Assembly (NCBI GenBank): GCA_034521065.1
Contig: JAXHMW010000001.1
Location: 28,046 to 92,045 of the forward strand
Length of the DNA stretch: 64,000 bases
Reading direction: 5' to 3'
Source: Planctomycetota bacterium
Lineage (GTDB): Bacteria > Planctomycetota > B143-G9
Shown: piece by piece, positions 53,012-64,000 of the stretch
How positions within the stretch are numbered: the first letter of the stretch is position 1
Layout of the letters: every line of letters starts with the position of its first letter
Notes under the pieces: generated by a model
Told to the model about the DNA's origin: nothing
The model's database searches: none
The model's input: the letters and a program-made list of their open reading frames with translations, nothing else
Made by a program: the position numbers and the translations under genes

Positions 53012-54319
53012 ATGCCAAGAAGAATTCTTCCGATCCTGCTTATGCTGCTCTTCTTTGCCGTCTCGGTTTCACCGGCCGAGAGCGTCCCCGATTTTACCGA
53101 ATACACCTCTGGCCACTACCAGTTGCGCACCGACCTCGGCAAAGAGTTCGCCGACGACGGACTCGCAGCACTCGAAGCCGCATATGAGACCGAGAAAGAC
53201 TTCTACGGCGCGCAACCCCGTCTCAAGCGCGGAAATAAGCTCGTCGTGAACTGCTTCAGCACGAAGGAAAAAGTCAACGCATACATGGCCGCCAACGGAG
53301 GAGGAAGTGTCAGCAAGGGAGGTATCTACCTATATGCGACCCGAGAGGCGAACCTGTTCCGTCAACCCACTGATGCCTACACTCGTCACCTTCTCGTGCA
53401 CGAGTGCGCACACCAGTTCTTGCACAACTCGGTGTGCCGAAACGATGGCTCGGTGCCTTCCTGGCTGGATGAGGGGCTCGCCGAGTATTTCGGGTCTCAT
53501 GTCTGGGATTTCAAAGAACTCTCGGTCGGCAGAACAGATATCGTCCGGCTCAACTCCAATAACAAGCTGCGCATTTTCAAGGAGCACCTCGCGGATCCGA
53601 ACTGGAAATTCGCACATATCTTCTCAGATAACTGGACGAACAACTATCCCGACTCCTTTGGCGTGGTGCACTTCCTCATCTCTCACAAGAGCTACTCGCG
53701 GCGATTCATGAAGTTCGTCAAGCTCATCAAAGGCAGGGGCGATACCGGCAACCCGCAGGCGGGCGGAAGACGTGCCTTCAAGAGCATCTACGGTCACGAG
53801 CCCCATAAAATGGAGGAGGCCCTGCGCGAGTTCTACGGCGACATAGTACCGAGATGGGAAGTGGTTTGGAACCAGTGGGACGGCGGAGGAAAGCGCATTC
53901 GTGGCTTTTCCGATGTAACCGGCCTGCTCGTATCCACAACAGAGCTCAAGGAAGGCTCTCGGCAATCATGCAAGTTGGATTTTATTGGAGGAAGGCAATC
54001 GAAGGCAGGCTTCGTGGTGGGTTACGAGGACACCGACAATTTCACGGAGATAATGCTCGTGAAAGACGAGCGTGTTAAGGTAGTGTACCGCAGGGCAGGG
54101 AAATGGGTAACCGGCCCGAGCGCGGAATTGCCCGCCGGGGCCAAAGGCGGCGGCCCGCCAACCATTACGTTGAATCTTTTGGCCGACGGACGAACAGAAA
54201 TCGGCGTGAACGGCGCAGAAGTTCTGGCGACAAAGCTGGAATGCGGCACTGTCGGCTCCCGCTGGGGCCTGTTCGTGGATGCCACCCACTGCGATTTCGT
54301 GGAGATGGTTAGCGAGTAG
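53012..54319 (+). CDS. Secreted putative zinc metallopeptidase (HExxH; DUF1570-like MA-clan fold) with a C-terminal beta-rich domain
   Basis: Signal peptide MPRRILPILLMLLFFAVSVSPAES. LLVHECAHQFLH, with a downstream Glu (SWLDEGLAEYF) as the candidate third zinc ligand. Confidence 0.55.
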   Translation: MPRRILPILLMLLFFAVSVSPAESVPDFTEYTSGHYQLRTDLGKEFADDGLAALEAAYETEKDFYGAQPRLKRGNKLVVNCFSTKEKVNAYMAANGGGSVSKGGIYLYATREANLFRQPTDAYTRHLLVHECAHQFLHNSVCRNDGSVPSWLDEGLAEYFGSHVWDFKELSVGRTDIVRLNSNNKLRIFKEHLADPNWKFAHIFSDNWTNNYPDSFGVVHFLISHKSYSRRFMKFVKLIKGRGDTGNPQAGGRRAFKSIYGHEPHKMEEALREFYGDIVPRWEVVWNQWDGGGKRIRGFSDVTGLLVSTTELKEGSRQSCKLDFIGGRQSKAGFVVGYEDTDNFTEIMLVKDERVKVVYRRAGKWVTGPSAELPAGAKGGGPPTITLNLLADGRTEIGVNGAEVLATKLECGTVGSRWGLFVDATHCDFVEMVSE

Positions 54320-54483
54320 CAATCCTGTGTATCAATAATTGAACATCTTCGTGACCCTCTTTTGCTTCCCCTCCACAGCCTTGTATGCAATCGCATTCCA
54401 CAGGGAAGAATTCCCCTCAAAACCTGCGCATTGGTGTATGATAAGGAAAACTGTCGGCAACTCTTATTTAAGGAGACAATGAA

Positions 54484-54951
54484 ATGAAAGCAGACCAAAA
54501 ACTCATCGACAAGCTCAACGAGCTGCTCAAGGACGAGCTTACAGCAATCAATCAGTATTTCGTTCACGCTGAAATGTGCGAGGACTGGGGCTATGCTGGT
54601 CTTTCGGGACAGATAAAGCAGCGCTCAATTCAGGAAATGAAACACGCCGAAGCTCTTATCGAACGCATTCTCTTCCTCGAAGGCCGCCCCATAGTAAGCG
54701 ACCTGTCGGACATCCATATCGGCAGCGAGATTCCCAAGATGTTCGTCAACGACAAACATTCAGAAGAGATCGCCATCAAGGGCTACAACGAGGGAATCAA
54801 GCTCTCCACCGAACTCGGTGACAACGCCACGAAGACCATACTCGAAGGCATCCTTAACGATGAGGACGGGCACCTTGACGAGATCGAGGAGCAAATAGAC
54901 CAGATCGAGATGATGGGCCTTCCCTACTACCTCACGACCATCAAGAAGTAA
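54484..54951 (+). CDS. bfr: Bacterioferritin
   Basis: LNELLKDELTAINQYFVHAEMCEDWGY...EMKHAEALIERILFLEG ferroxidase-centre residues and the haem-ligand Met in the expected place; 155 aa. Confidence 0.88.
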   Translation: MKADQKLIDKLNELLKDELTAINQYFVHAEMCEDWGYAGLSGQIKQRSIQEMKHAEALIERILFLEGRPIVSDLSDIHIGSEIPKMFVNDKHSEEIAIKGYNEGIKLSTELGDNATKTILEGILNDEDGHLDEIEEQIDQIEMMGLPYYLTTIKK

Positions 54952-54975
54952 CTCAGCGATACCGAAGACGACAAA

Positions 54976-55010
54976 AGCCCCCGCCATTGCGCGGGGGGGC
55001 TTTTCTGTTT
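54976..55010 (+). terminator. Rho-independent terminator after bfr (gcccccgc-cattg-cgcggggggc + TTTTCTGTTT)
   Basis: GC-rich 8-9-bp stem plus T-tract. The same ~45-nt sequence recurs at 55619-55660. Confidence 0.75.
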
Positions 55011-55248
55011 AGCGGGCAAGCCCCTCCTGCCCGGGGCCCCCCGCGTGCGATATTCCAACACGAGGTGTTGCATAGCACTACACTGAGAGAAGTATCCTAC
55101 CTCGCGCTCGGAAACTTCCCGACTCCGGTAATATGCGCAAAGCCACATATAAAGAGGGCCTGGGGCTGCCCCCTGCCGCTTTGGCACACCAGTTGTACCG
55201 TAAGAGATGCGTTGTTCATCAGTTCAATATATACAAAAGGAGGCAACT

Positions 55249-55602
55249 ATGACGCGCATATCTGTTTTATCCCTCTCCATTCTCATGCTGCTCGCTGCGG
55301 TACTGGTTTCGTCCCCGGCAGTGTTCGCTGACGACGCGCAGAACACCTCCCGTCAAAGCTTCGTTGACGCCAACGAAGACGGAGTGTGCGACCTGTTCGA
55401 TGACGCTGCCACTCAGATGAGACGGAATGGCTCCGGCAAAGGCGACGGCAAGGGCATCCGCGACCGCAAGCGTGATGGCTCCGGCGACTGCCCCCATGGC
55501 AACGACGGGATCCGCGACCGTAAGCGTGATGGTTCCGGTAACGGTAAGCGTGACGGTTCCGGCCACGGAAAGGGTAAGGGCAAAGGCCGCAGAGGGCACT
55601 AA
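55249..55602 (+). CDS. Small secreted low-complexity protein with Gly/Asp/Lys/Arg repeats (GIRDRKRDGSG units)
   Basis: AGGAGG ribosome-binding site. Signal peptide MTRISVLSLSILMLLAAVLVSSPAVFA. Repeated GIRDRKRDGSG...GKGKGKGRRGH. Confidence 0.5.
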   Translation: MTRISVLSLSILMLLAAVLVSSPAVFADDAQNTSRQSFVDANEDGVCDLFDDAATQMRRNGSGKGDGKGIRDRKRDGSGDCPHGNDGIRDRKRDGSGNGKRDGSGHGKGKGKGRRGH

Positions 55603-55628
55603 GCTCAACATGTAACCATGACGACAAA

Positions 55629-55660
55629 AGCCCCCGCCATTGCGCGGGGGCTTTTATTTT
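55629..55660 (+). terminator. Rho-independent terminator (duplicate of the bfr terminator, including the 12 nt 5' of the stem)
   Basis: gacgacaaaagcccccgccattgcgcgggggcttttatttt. Confidence 0.75.
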
Positions 55661-55769
55661 GCTGACTCAGTCCGTTTGGTTCAGTTGTTTTCAGCTCCGT
55701 GCCGATACCAGCCTTGAAGAGAACAGTCGTTTCCTCCAACTGCGCTTTTCGAGAAAATCCCGGGGCCGC

Positions 55770-57728
55770 CTACCTGTACTTCTTCTTCGTATCCCACAGG
55801 ATGCCGTAGCCGGTCACCTTGTCCTTGTGTTTACCGGTGTGAACGAACACGTCGTCCTCGCCACGGTCGGGGGCGGGCTCGTCGTTGATCAGGTACTTGT
55901 CGCTGCCGCCGAAGTTCAAAAGGAAACCGAACGAGTGCGTCCCTCGGTCGGCATCCTGCTTGTGGCCTCCCCAACCCTGTACGTTACTCTTCGTTGCCTT
56001 GAATACATCGTCGCCGCCCGCATCCACAAGAGCCGCGAACGATGTTATGGTAGCCGAGCCCTGGCACAGCCCCGTGCCGGTGTACATGTCGTTTCCGGCA
56101 CCGTCTATCAGCGCTACTATCCCCAAATCCCATACTCCCGCCTGGTTGGCTACACTGCGCCCGAAGTACGCATCGTCGCCCTTATCGTCCATAACGCATC
56201 CGAGCCCCATGTGCGCTGAGGTGGCGAGGCCATAGCGAGAGGCTGCGTATTTATCGTTTCCGCCGCGGTCGTGAACTATGCCAAGCCCGTAGAAATACCC
56301 GCCGCCCAGTCCGAACTCTCCGCAGGTGTAGGTGTCGTCACCTTCGAAGTCGGTGATAATCCCTATCCCCGCTGCGGCGAAGATTCTGAACCCCAGGGCA
56401 AATCCCATTGACATGGCATGCCATTCGCCCTTGGTGCCGTAGGTGGAGGGGTATGCGCCGGTAACGGAATAGCTGTCTTTGCCCTTTGCGTCCGCAATCA
56501 ATCCCATACCCTTTGTCATTCCGAAGCCCAGCGCGTAAAGCTTGGCCTTGTACTTGTCTGCGCCTTCGAGGTCGGCGAGAATGCCCTGTCCGAAAAGCGC
56601 GGCGCCTTGCACCATCTCGCCCGCCGAGTACTCGTCGTCCCCTTCGACGTCAACCAGCAAACCGACTCCGTACATACCGAAACCCTGTGACATAGAGCCG
56701 CCAGAGCAGCTGTCGTTTCCCGAGTAGGTCGAGTATCATGCCATAGCCTGCAAGTGCGCCCGCTGTTGCGAAGTCACCTCCAGTGTAGGTGTCGTCACCG
56801 CCGGCGTCGAGCACGACAGAAACAGTCTGACCCTTGCGGGCCGCCCCCTGGTCTTTATAAGTGTCTTCTCCGCCCAGGTCGAATATGAAAGCATATGCGC
56901 CGGCATACGAGTTCTTATACTTGCCGCCCACCAGCAACGGGCCATAGTTGCTTTCAGCACTCACAAGAACCTTGCCGTCAACTCCGTTTACGCGCTCGTT
57001 GCCCTTTCGCTTTTGAGAGAACACCTTCGTCATGTGTTCCACGTTTTCGGGCATGAACAGAGATGAAAGTATCGCCGCGCCCCTGTAAAGAGAATCGAAA
57101 TCAACCTTGCTTTGCAGGTTGAGAAGGGTCAGATTGGCCTGCAGTGTGTTCTCATAGGCGTGGATGTAAATGTGCTTTACCATCTGCCTGCAGAGGTTGG
57201 GAGACTGGCCGTACAGGAACTTGACCTCCTTCTCGCTCAACTGCGCAAAAGCCTGGTCGCGAGCCATACCGGCGGTGTTCAGAACATTTGCGATTTCATT
57301 AAGAAGGGCCTCGGGCTCGTCGGAAGAGAGCTTCACTTTCTCGGTTTTGCCAGGCTCGTATTCCAGGACCTTAGCTAATTCACGAATGAGCGCGGAGTAG
57401 TCACGTTCGCTGACGTTCTCGTAAGCGAGGTCCGAGATGCTACCCGAAACCGGTTCCAGGGCGAAAGGGTCCGACTGTATTCGCTTGACGGCCGGAAGCC
57501 TGAATCCCCGACCGGGATCCAGTTTCCCCTTCATGGCCTTGATCTGGTTGTCAGTTATGTCGCGATAAGCGGTAACGAACCCGTTCCACTCATCGGTCAG
57601 GCCTTCGTCTTCCAACAGCTTTGTATGTGCTTTTCGGCGGTCCATTCGTTGTTATCGGCTTCTGCATTCATGCTGAAAGCGCACCCGAAGAGCAAAGAGA
57701 CAAACAGTGCCGCGGCGAGTTTATTCAT
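55770..57728 (-). CDS. Large secreted repeat protein with recurrent G-x-D-x-Y / GGDD motifs (beta-solenoid-like), with apparent frameshifts near 57640 and 56690
   Basis: Signal peptide MNKLAAALFVSLLFGCAFSMNAEA. ~20-aa units GxxDxYxxxxxxGxGxGxxxDxxGxDxY repeated more than 15 times across ORFs 56650..57645 and 55770..56693. Confidence 0.55.
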
Positions 57729-58002
57729 GTCAACCCCTTGTAAAGACATAGTGATTCTACAACAGTGGTTCCCCGGTTCAAGGAAGGCCCGCAATGCCAT
57801 AACTACATTATAGCAGATACTTGCGAACGAAGTTCGGTGTCTGTCATTTGCGCAATGAACTTCGAAGACAAGGCCATAATGTGCCGACCTGTTCTCCGAG
57901 ATTTCGAACGCTTCCGGCAAAATGCAGTTTTTCCGGAGGGCTTTTTCTTGACCTCATATTACCATATGGTAATATAGCAATAAACGCGACAGGGAGCATG
58001 TA

Positions 58003-58326
58003 TGAAGCACCGGACTGAAAATGAGCGAATGGCCGAAGAAGTCCTCGAAGAGGCCGCAGAGGCCTTCAAGGCGCTCGGACAGTTCCCCTGCGCGCATTCT
58101 TATTCTCGAGGCATTGGGCTCGGATTCCGCCCACGTGGGAGAACTCGTTGAAAGGCTGAATCTGCCGCAGGCCGTTGTTTCGCAGCATCTTCGAAAGCTC
58201 TACATGCAGAAGTTCGTTTCGCGCACTCGCGAGGGCAACCGAATTCTTTACAGCCTTGCGCGCAAGGAAGTGCTGGACATTTTCGGCTGTCTCGAAAAGT
58301 GCCTCTACAGGCCGACAGAAAGATAA
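58003..58326 (+). CDS. ArsR/SmtB-family metalloregulatory transcriptional repressor, with an apparent frameshift near 58080-58095
   Basis: N-terminus MKHRTENERMAEEVLEEAAEAFKALG in one frame. Helix-turn-helix ARILILEALGSDSAHVGELVERLNLPQAVVSQHLRKL in the next. Confidence 0.7.
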
Positions 58327-58341
58327 CAGAGGGTTGAGGAA

Positions 58342-59680
58342 ATGAAGAAACTCATTCTCGCACTGCTTTCACTCGCGATTTTGGTCGTCATCATCATGTG
58401 GCTCATCGGGTCTTTTACGCCCGGTCGTATTTCTCCGACCGAACACCCCGGAATGCTGGGCCAGAGGCTCCAGAAGGTGGTCGAATACACGGTCCGGGCA
58501 GAGATGATCGATGTCGATTATATCGGAATCGGCACTGTAAGGGCGAATACCCAGTCGGTCATCTCCGGACAGGTCAACGGCACCGTGATGGAGACATTCG
58601 TGCGTGACGGTGTACGGGTCACAAAGGGACAGAAGCTGCTCAAGGTTGATGACCGGGAGTACATGACCGTTCTGCGCGAGGCCGAAAAGGGGCTGGAGAT
58701 GGCGAAGGTACAGCTTCAACAGTCTCGTCAGACTCTTCTGCAGGCGCAGGCGCAGTACCAGCAGGCGGTAGCGGGATTGAGAGTTTCCGAGCAGACCAAG
58801 GAGCGCGCCATTCAGCAGCTCGCGGCTGCGGAAGAGAACTTTCGCAGACTGAAGGCTGACTTTGAGCGTTCTCAGAAGTTGTTCGAGCAGGGCACGGTGA
58901 CTGAACAGCAGTTCGAGGCAGCGCGAGCAGCTTATGTTTCGGCCAAGGCCAACGCCGAACAGGCCAGAATTGCCATTGATATCGCTAAGGCCGGAATAGA
59001 ACAGGCTCGGGAGGCCATCAAGGCCGCCGAAGCCGGTAAAGAGCAGGCGACATCGGGAGTGGAGAATGCTAAGCTCGGAGTGGAAAGGGCGCAAGAGGTG
59101 CTCGAACGTGCGCGCATATCGCTCGCTTACACGGTCGTCATCGCACCGGCTGACGGTTTCATCGGCCAGACTTTCGCTGACACGGGAGACCTCGTCTTTC
59201 CCGGCAAGCCACTGGTGGAGTTCTACTCGCGCAACGGCTTCGAGGTCCAGACTTACGTGCGGGAGTCACTCTTCGAGAAGGTCGCCATAGGCGACACCTA
59301 CAGCGTGATAATCGAGTCCATCGGCTACGAGGACGACGCGAAGGTGGTTGAGATTATTCCTTCGGCAAGACCCCATGAGCCGAACATGACTTCCTGCTTC
59401 AAGGTCGAGCTTTCCGACAACGACAGAATCTACCCCGGCATGTTCGCCCGTGTGCGAATACCCATTGACAAGCGCAGGGCCTTTCTCGTACCTGATAACG
59501 CCATCAGGCGGGTTGGAATGCTCGAAACCGTTACAGTCGAGTCGGACGGGCTCGCAGTCACACGGTACGTGAAAACCGGCGAGAGGATGCTTGACGGGCG
59601 CGTGGAGGTCATCAGCGGACTCTCAGACGGCGAGGTGATCTCTGTCAGGGGAGGCGAACGACGCACGCACCCAAGGCGTG
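58342..59680 (+). CDS. Efflux transporter periplasmic adaptor subunit (HlyD/AcrA-type membrane fusion protein); 3' end uncertain because of a frameshift at the junction with the RND gene
   Basis: Signal-anchor KKLILALLSLAILVVIIMWLIG, a long coiled-coil hairpin, and the lipoyl/beta-barrel segments typical of membrane fusion proteins (TVVIAPADGFIGQTFADTGDLV). Confidence 0.8.
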
Positions 59681-59699
59681 CCGCCGAAAACTACCGGCG

Positions 59700-62600
59700 G
59701 GCTTCGCTCGCTCTCCGTTCTTCCTGCACACCAGGAACTCCGTGCTGTTGCTGGTCGCCGCTCTGCTGCTGGGCTTCTTCGCTGTTGTCAATACTCCCCG
59801 AGAGGAAGAGCCCCAGATCGTCGTGCCCATGGCGGACGTGTTTCGTCCTCCGTTCCGGGAAGTTCGCCTTCCGGAATCGGAAAGACCGTTGCCACCCCGC
59901 TTGAAAAAGTTGTTGTGGCAGATAGACGGAGTGGAATACGTGTATTCCACCTCCTATCGGGACTTCGCGGTGGTTACCGTCCGTTACTACGTCGGCGAGG
60001 ACCGCGAGGACTCGCTTGTAAAGCTGTACAACAAGCTCAACTCGAACGCCGACGAAGTTCCGCCATCGGTTGCCAATTGGGTGGTAAAACCGATCGCGGT
60101 GGACGACGTTCCCATCGTCAACCTGACACTCTTCTCTGAACGCTACGATGACCACGAGCTGTACCGGATGGGCGAGGAGATGCTCGCGCGGCTCAACTCG
60201 GTCGAGAAGATTTCTAAAACCGGAATACGCGGCGGGCGCAAACGCGAAGTTCGGGTCGAACTGGATGCCGAAAGCTGCGCGGCCATGAACATATCTCCTC
60301 TGCAGGTCGTTCGGACAATCGGCGCGGCCGACTCTTCTCTGTCCGCAGGCAAGATAGAGCAGGGCAACGTGGAGAGTGCGGTCGTCACTGGCCCACTGAT
60401 TATGACCGCCCAAGACGTGCGCGAGATAGTTGTGGGAGTCTATAAGGGCAGGCCGGTTTACATCCGCGATGTAGCGAAGGTCATTGACGGCCCGGAGGAA
60501 CGCTCAACCTACACCCGCTTTGGCTGGGGACCTGCAAGCGGGATCTCGCAAGAGGAGCGGAGTAGCTCCCACAGTTCCGTCACCCTCTGGTTTGCCAAGC
60601 AAAAAGGCTCAAACGCAGTCGACGTGTCGGAAGAGATTATCCATCGCGCAGACATTCTGAAGGCCGAGATGCTCCCGCCAGACGTACACATGCAGCTCAC
60701 GCGCGACTACGGAGAGAGCGCGAACGAGAAGGTGAACGAACTGCTGCTCGAACTCGCTATCGCCATCATCACCGTTGTAATACTCATCGGGTTCGGCCTG
60801 GGCTGGAGGGAGGCTCTGGTCGTCGCGCTGGCCATTCCGGTCAGCTTCTCGCTGGCACTGTTCTCCTCGTACCTGCTGGGATATACGATCAACCGACGCT
60901 GTTCGCCTTGGTGCTTTCGCTCGGAATTGTGGTGGACGACCCGATTGTCAACGTGGATAACATCCAGCGGCATCTCATGTTGCGCAAGAAGGACTTTCCC
61001 GCCCGAAAGGCCGCCGTCATCGGCGTCAAAGAGATATTCATGCCGGTGCTCGGTGCAACTCTGGCCATCATAGTCTCATTCCTGCCAATGTTCTTTATCT
61101 CCGGCATGATGGGGCCGTACATGGCTCCCATGGCCGCGAACGTGCCGCTGGATGACATTCCTGCTGCTCCTGTTCGGTCACCATCGCGCCCTGGCTCGCG
61201 TTCATGCTGCTCAAGAACCACGTTAAGCCCGAACAGAACGAAGATACCGGCGGTACTTCTGGCTTCATATACAATTCCTATCGAAAGATACTGAATCCCT
61301 TCCTCGAACGAAAGTCCCTGCGCTGGATACTCATGGGAAGCGTGGCGGCCTTGTTGGTTGTCTCGTTCGGGCTCGCGTTCGTGGCGGTGCCACTCAAAAT
61401 CCTGCCCTTCGACAACAAAAACGAGTTCCAGATCGTCGTCAACATGCCAGAGAACACAACCCTCGAGACCACCGACGACGTCGTGCGCTCCTTCGAGCGT
61501 TACCTTGCCAACATGCCCGAGGTCCGGGACTACCAGTCCTACGTCGGAACCAATTCGCCGATGGACTTCAACGGAATGGTTCGACATTACTATCTGCGCG
61601 AGGGAAGCAACGTCGCCGATATTCGCATCAACCTGGCCCACAAGAAGAAGCGCGTCCAACAGAGCCACTCTATCATTCTGCGTATTAGAGACGACCTACA
61701 GCAAATCGCCGACCAAAACGGCGCACGAATTCAGGTCGTCGAGGCGCCGCTGGAACTTTTCGCCAGTTCGACTATCAGCGGCGAAGGCAGACGGCGTAGC
61801 CCGATAATACTGAGCACCAAACTCGTGGCCGGTGCTAAGACCGTCATGAAGGCCATGGAGGCCGAGAAAGACGTTGTTGACATAGACTTGAGCGCAGAGG
61901 CCGAGCGCGAGCGTTTCGAGTTCGTCGTTGACAAGGAGAAGGCAGCTCTTCACGGCATCACGACCGAGCAGGTGGTCAACACGCTTTACACCGCTATTTC
62001 GGGCTCGAGCGCATCCGGCGCTCACATGCCACATGCAGCAGGTAACCCTTGGGTACGTGCGGTCATAACCCGGGCGATGCTTGAGCCTTGAAGAACTCGG
62101 CCGAATAGCCATGCATGGAGCGGACGGTTCCATGATGCACCTGTCCGATATCGGCAATTTCGTCAGCAAAGCCGTTGAGCAGCCGATATATCACAAGAAC
62201 CTCAAGCCGGTTGTGTACGTGTTCGCCGAGATGGCGGGACGTTCGCCGGTAGATGCCATATTCGGATTAAAGGGACGTGTGAACGAAGAGGACGGGTACA
62301 TGCTGCCCGAAGGCGTGACAACCTACTGGCAGGGCGAAGGCGAGTGGCAGATAACCGTGGATGTGTTCCGTGACCTCGGATTGGCCTTTGCGATTGCCAT
62401 GCTGGGCATCTACATCATCCTGGTGTTCGAGATAAAGAGCTTCCGCATGCCGCTTGTCATCATGGCTGCCATACCGCTTACCGCAATCGGCATAATGCCG
62501 GGCTTCGCGGTTCTCAATTTCATCGCGGCCGGAGAGTCGGGAGGGCGCTGACTGAATCACCGCTACCGCCATGATAGGGATGATTGCCCTCGGTGGGATA

Positions 62601-62953
62601 GTGGTGCGAAACGCCATCCTGCTCATCGAGTTCATACTGGATTCGCTCAAGGGTGGTCTTGAGCTGAAGGAGGCTCTGCTTCAGAGCGGTGCGGTGCGCT
62701 TCCGGCCCATTCTCCTTACCGCCTCTTCCGCTGCACTCGGCGCATGGCCCATCAAGGGTTTAGCCCAATTTTTCGGGTCTTGCGTGGGCTCTTATCTTCG
62801 GGCTTATCGCTTCCACTTCCTTCACCCTGCTGGTCGTTCCGGTCCTGTACTTCATGCTATTTGCCGGCGATACCGACAAGCTTCTTGACACACTCATGGA
62901 AGGAGAAGAGAACGAAGATAAGGAATGGCTGCCCTATGCGCACGAGTCATAAG
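59700..62953 (+). CDS. RND-family efflux permease (AcrB/CzcA-like, ~1050 aa), fragmented by at least 5 frameshifts (near 60880-60910, 61200, 62080, 62550, 62760)
   Basis: Collinear RND segments across frames: FFLHTRNSVLLLVAALLLGFFAVVNTPREEEPQIVVPMADV; VVDDPIVNVDNIQRHL; the TM7-12 region AIAMLGIYIILVFEIKSFRMPLVIMAAIPLTAIG; MIGMIALGGIVVRNAILLIEF; C-terminal FTLLVVPVLYFMLF. Confidence 0.8.
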
Positions 62954-63202
62954 AACTCGTGCGTACCCGGCCTGAACCACGAGCGAAGTTCCGCACAAAC
63001 GCGCTTGGGAAGGGGATGAAGCTAAGTAATGGCTGCCCTTTTGTGTAACCTCGAGTTCATATGTCCGTTGAATAATTGTCTTGGGAGTGGTGATTTTCGA
63101 GGATGGTTGATGCAGGTGACCCTACAGAAGATTTTGAGGTGCAGAAAGGTGGATGATGGCGTGTCTATTCCGGTGGAGAAGACAGAAGCGACGACCTGAT
63201 GG

Positions 63203-63589
63203 ATGATGAGAAAAGGAACGAGAAGGATGACTGAGGTTTGGTGTAAGGTATCCTGCATTGTTCTACTTGTTTCCTTTTTGATCTATACAGGTTGCTGCGA
63301 AAAGCAAGATGGTTCAGGCTCTGAGGCGTGTCCGTACAAGTCCGAGGGTGAGTGGTTCGATAGCCTTCCGCATTCCTGTGACGATTCCACATACTTGAAA
63401 TGGGATGCAAGCTACACCTATCTTCTTCACGTGGAGAGAGACAGAATTCTCGAACTTTTGCCATTTGCTCGCAAACACCCCGCATCGCCATATTCTCAGT
63501 TAGTTTTCCTTCGCTTGCTTAATGATGAGGATGCGCTGGCTGAGCTGATTGCAGACCCAGAGGCATCGGAGAATTTCGCCAGTTTCTGA
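63203..63589 (+). CDS. Hypothetical lipoprotein in a low-GC (~47%) segment
   Basis: Signal and lipobox LLVSFLIYTGCC; 128 aa. Confidence 0.4.
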   Translation: MMRKGTRRMTEVWCKVSCIVLLVSFLIYTGCCEKQDGSGSEACPYKSEGEWFDSLPHSCDDSTYLKWDASYTYLLHVERDRILELLPFARKHPASPYSQLVFLRLLNDEDALAELIADPEASENFASF

Positions 63590-63601
63590 CCAAGGTTTGA
63601 T

Positions 63602-63994
63602 TTGGTTCTCCTTGGTTCCATGCCAGCTGTTTCTGAACGTATGAAGCCTCGAGTCCTTGAGCATGAAGTGCGAGCAGGCTGTATAAGAACGTTTCTTACA
63701 TCCACACTAACCGTACCGCCAGCAATGCTTGATGCAATAGATGGAGTCCACTATCAAGAGCTCAAATCTCTTGCTGAAGAAGTACACTGGTCATTTGGCT
63801 TTGAGTACTTGTGTGCAGCATCTATGTACTTTGGACTTGGAGTCACAAGGAGGGATATGGCAGAGGTGTGCGCCTTGGATCCAGACGAAGCCGTCACAGC
63901 AATGTCATTGCTGTCTGAAGGGAGACCACCTGCTTCAGAGTGGAATTCTGCTTTGGATAGTGGAGATAAGGCAGGGCGCGACACTGCCTCTTGA
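63602..63994 (+). CDS. Hypothetical protein (low-GC segment, runs to the window edge)
   Basis: 130-aa ORF with no motif; low confidence. Confidence 0.25.
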   Translation: MVLLGSMPAVSERMKPRVLEHEVRAGCIRTFLTSTLTVPPAMLDAIDGVHYQELKSLAEEVHWSFGFEYLCAASMYFGLGVTRRDMAEVCALDPDEAVTAMSLLSEGRPPASEWNSALDSGDKAGRDTAS

Positions 63995-64000
63995 GGCACT

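Overview
The window is a ~60% GC bacterial chromosomal segment, probably from a metagenome or long-read assembly. It contains about 50 protein-coding genes, two tRNAs (Ser-GCU on the minus strand, Met-CAU on the plus strand), several rho-independent terminators and a few recognisable sigma70-type promoters. The identifiable core genes include recA, folA, bcp, a PurH-like formyltransferase, tldD-pmbA, speH-speE, nfi, a sigma54-type two-component pair, an Nnr/YjeF_N epimerase (an NAD(P)H-hydrate repair enzyme), a PyrK-like flavoprotein, ubiE, bfr, an 8-haem c-type cytochrome, and an ArsR-type repressor with a membrane-fusion-protein (MFP) plus RND efflux module. The accessory content is eukaryote-like: two Ser/Thr kinases, a UDP-sugar pyrophosphorylase of the UAP1 type, a ~19-unit tandem RCC1-repeat gene and a HEAT-repeat protein.

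The most unusual single gene is a 1443-aa protein that fuses an ECF-type sigma-factor domain, a Ser/Thr kinase, a transmembrane helix and a PA14-like extracytoplasmic domain. There is also a 3.8-kb low-GC island (48.7-52.6 kb) next to tRNA-Met carrying three orphan genes and degenerate IS5-family ends. A second IS end fragment lies next to tRNA-Ser. A family of intergenic repeats occurs at three loci, one of them flanked by a 16-bp duplication.

At least 20 genes, including recA, purH, tldD, nfi, speH and ubiE, are interrupted by single-base frameshifts in readable sequence. This points either to uncorrected indel errors in the assembly or to genome-wide pseudogenisation. Every apparent pseudogene call here is therefore provisional. 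No CRISPR array, no rRNA and no clear named defence system was found.
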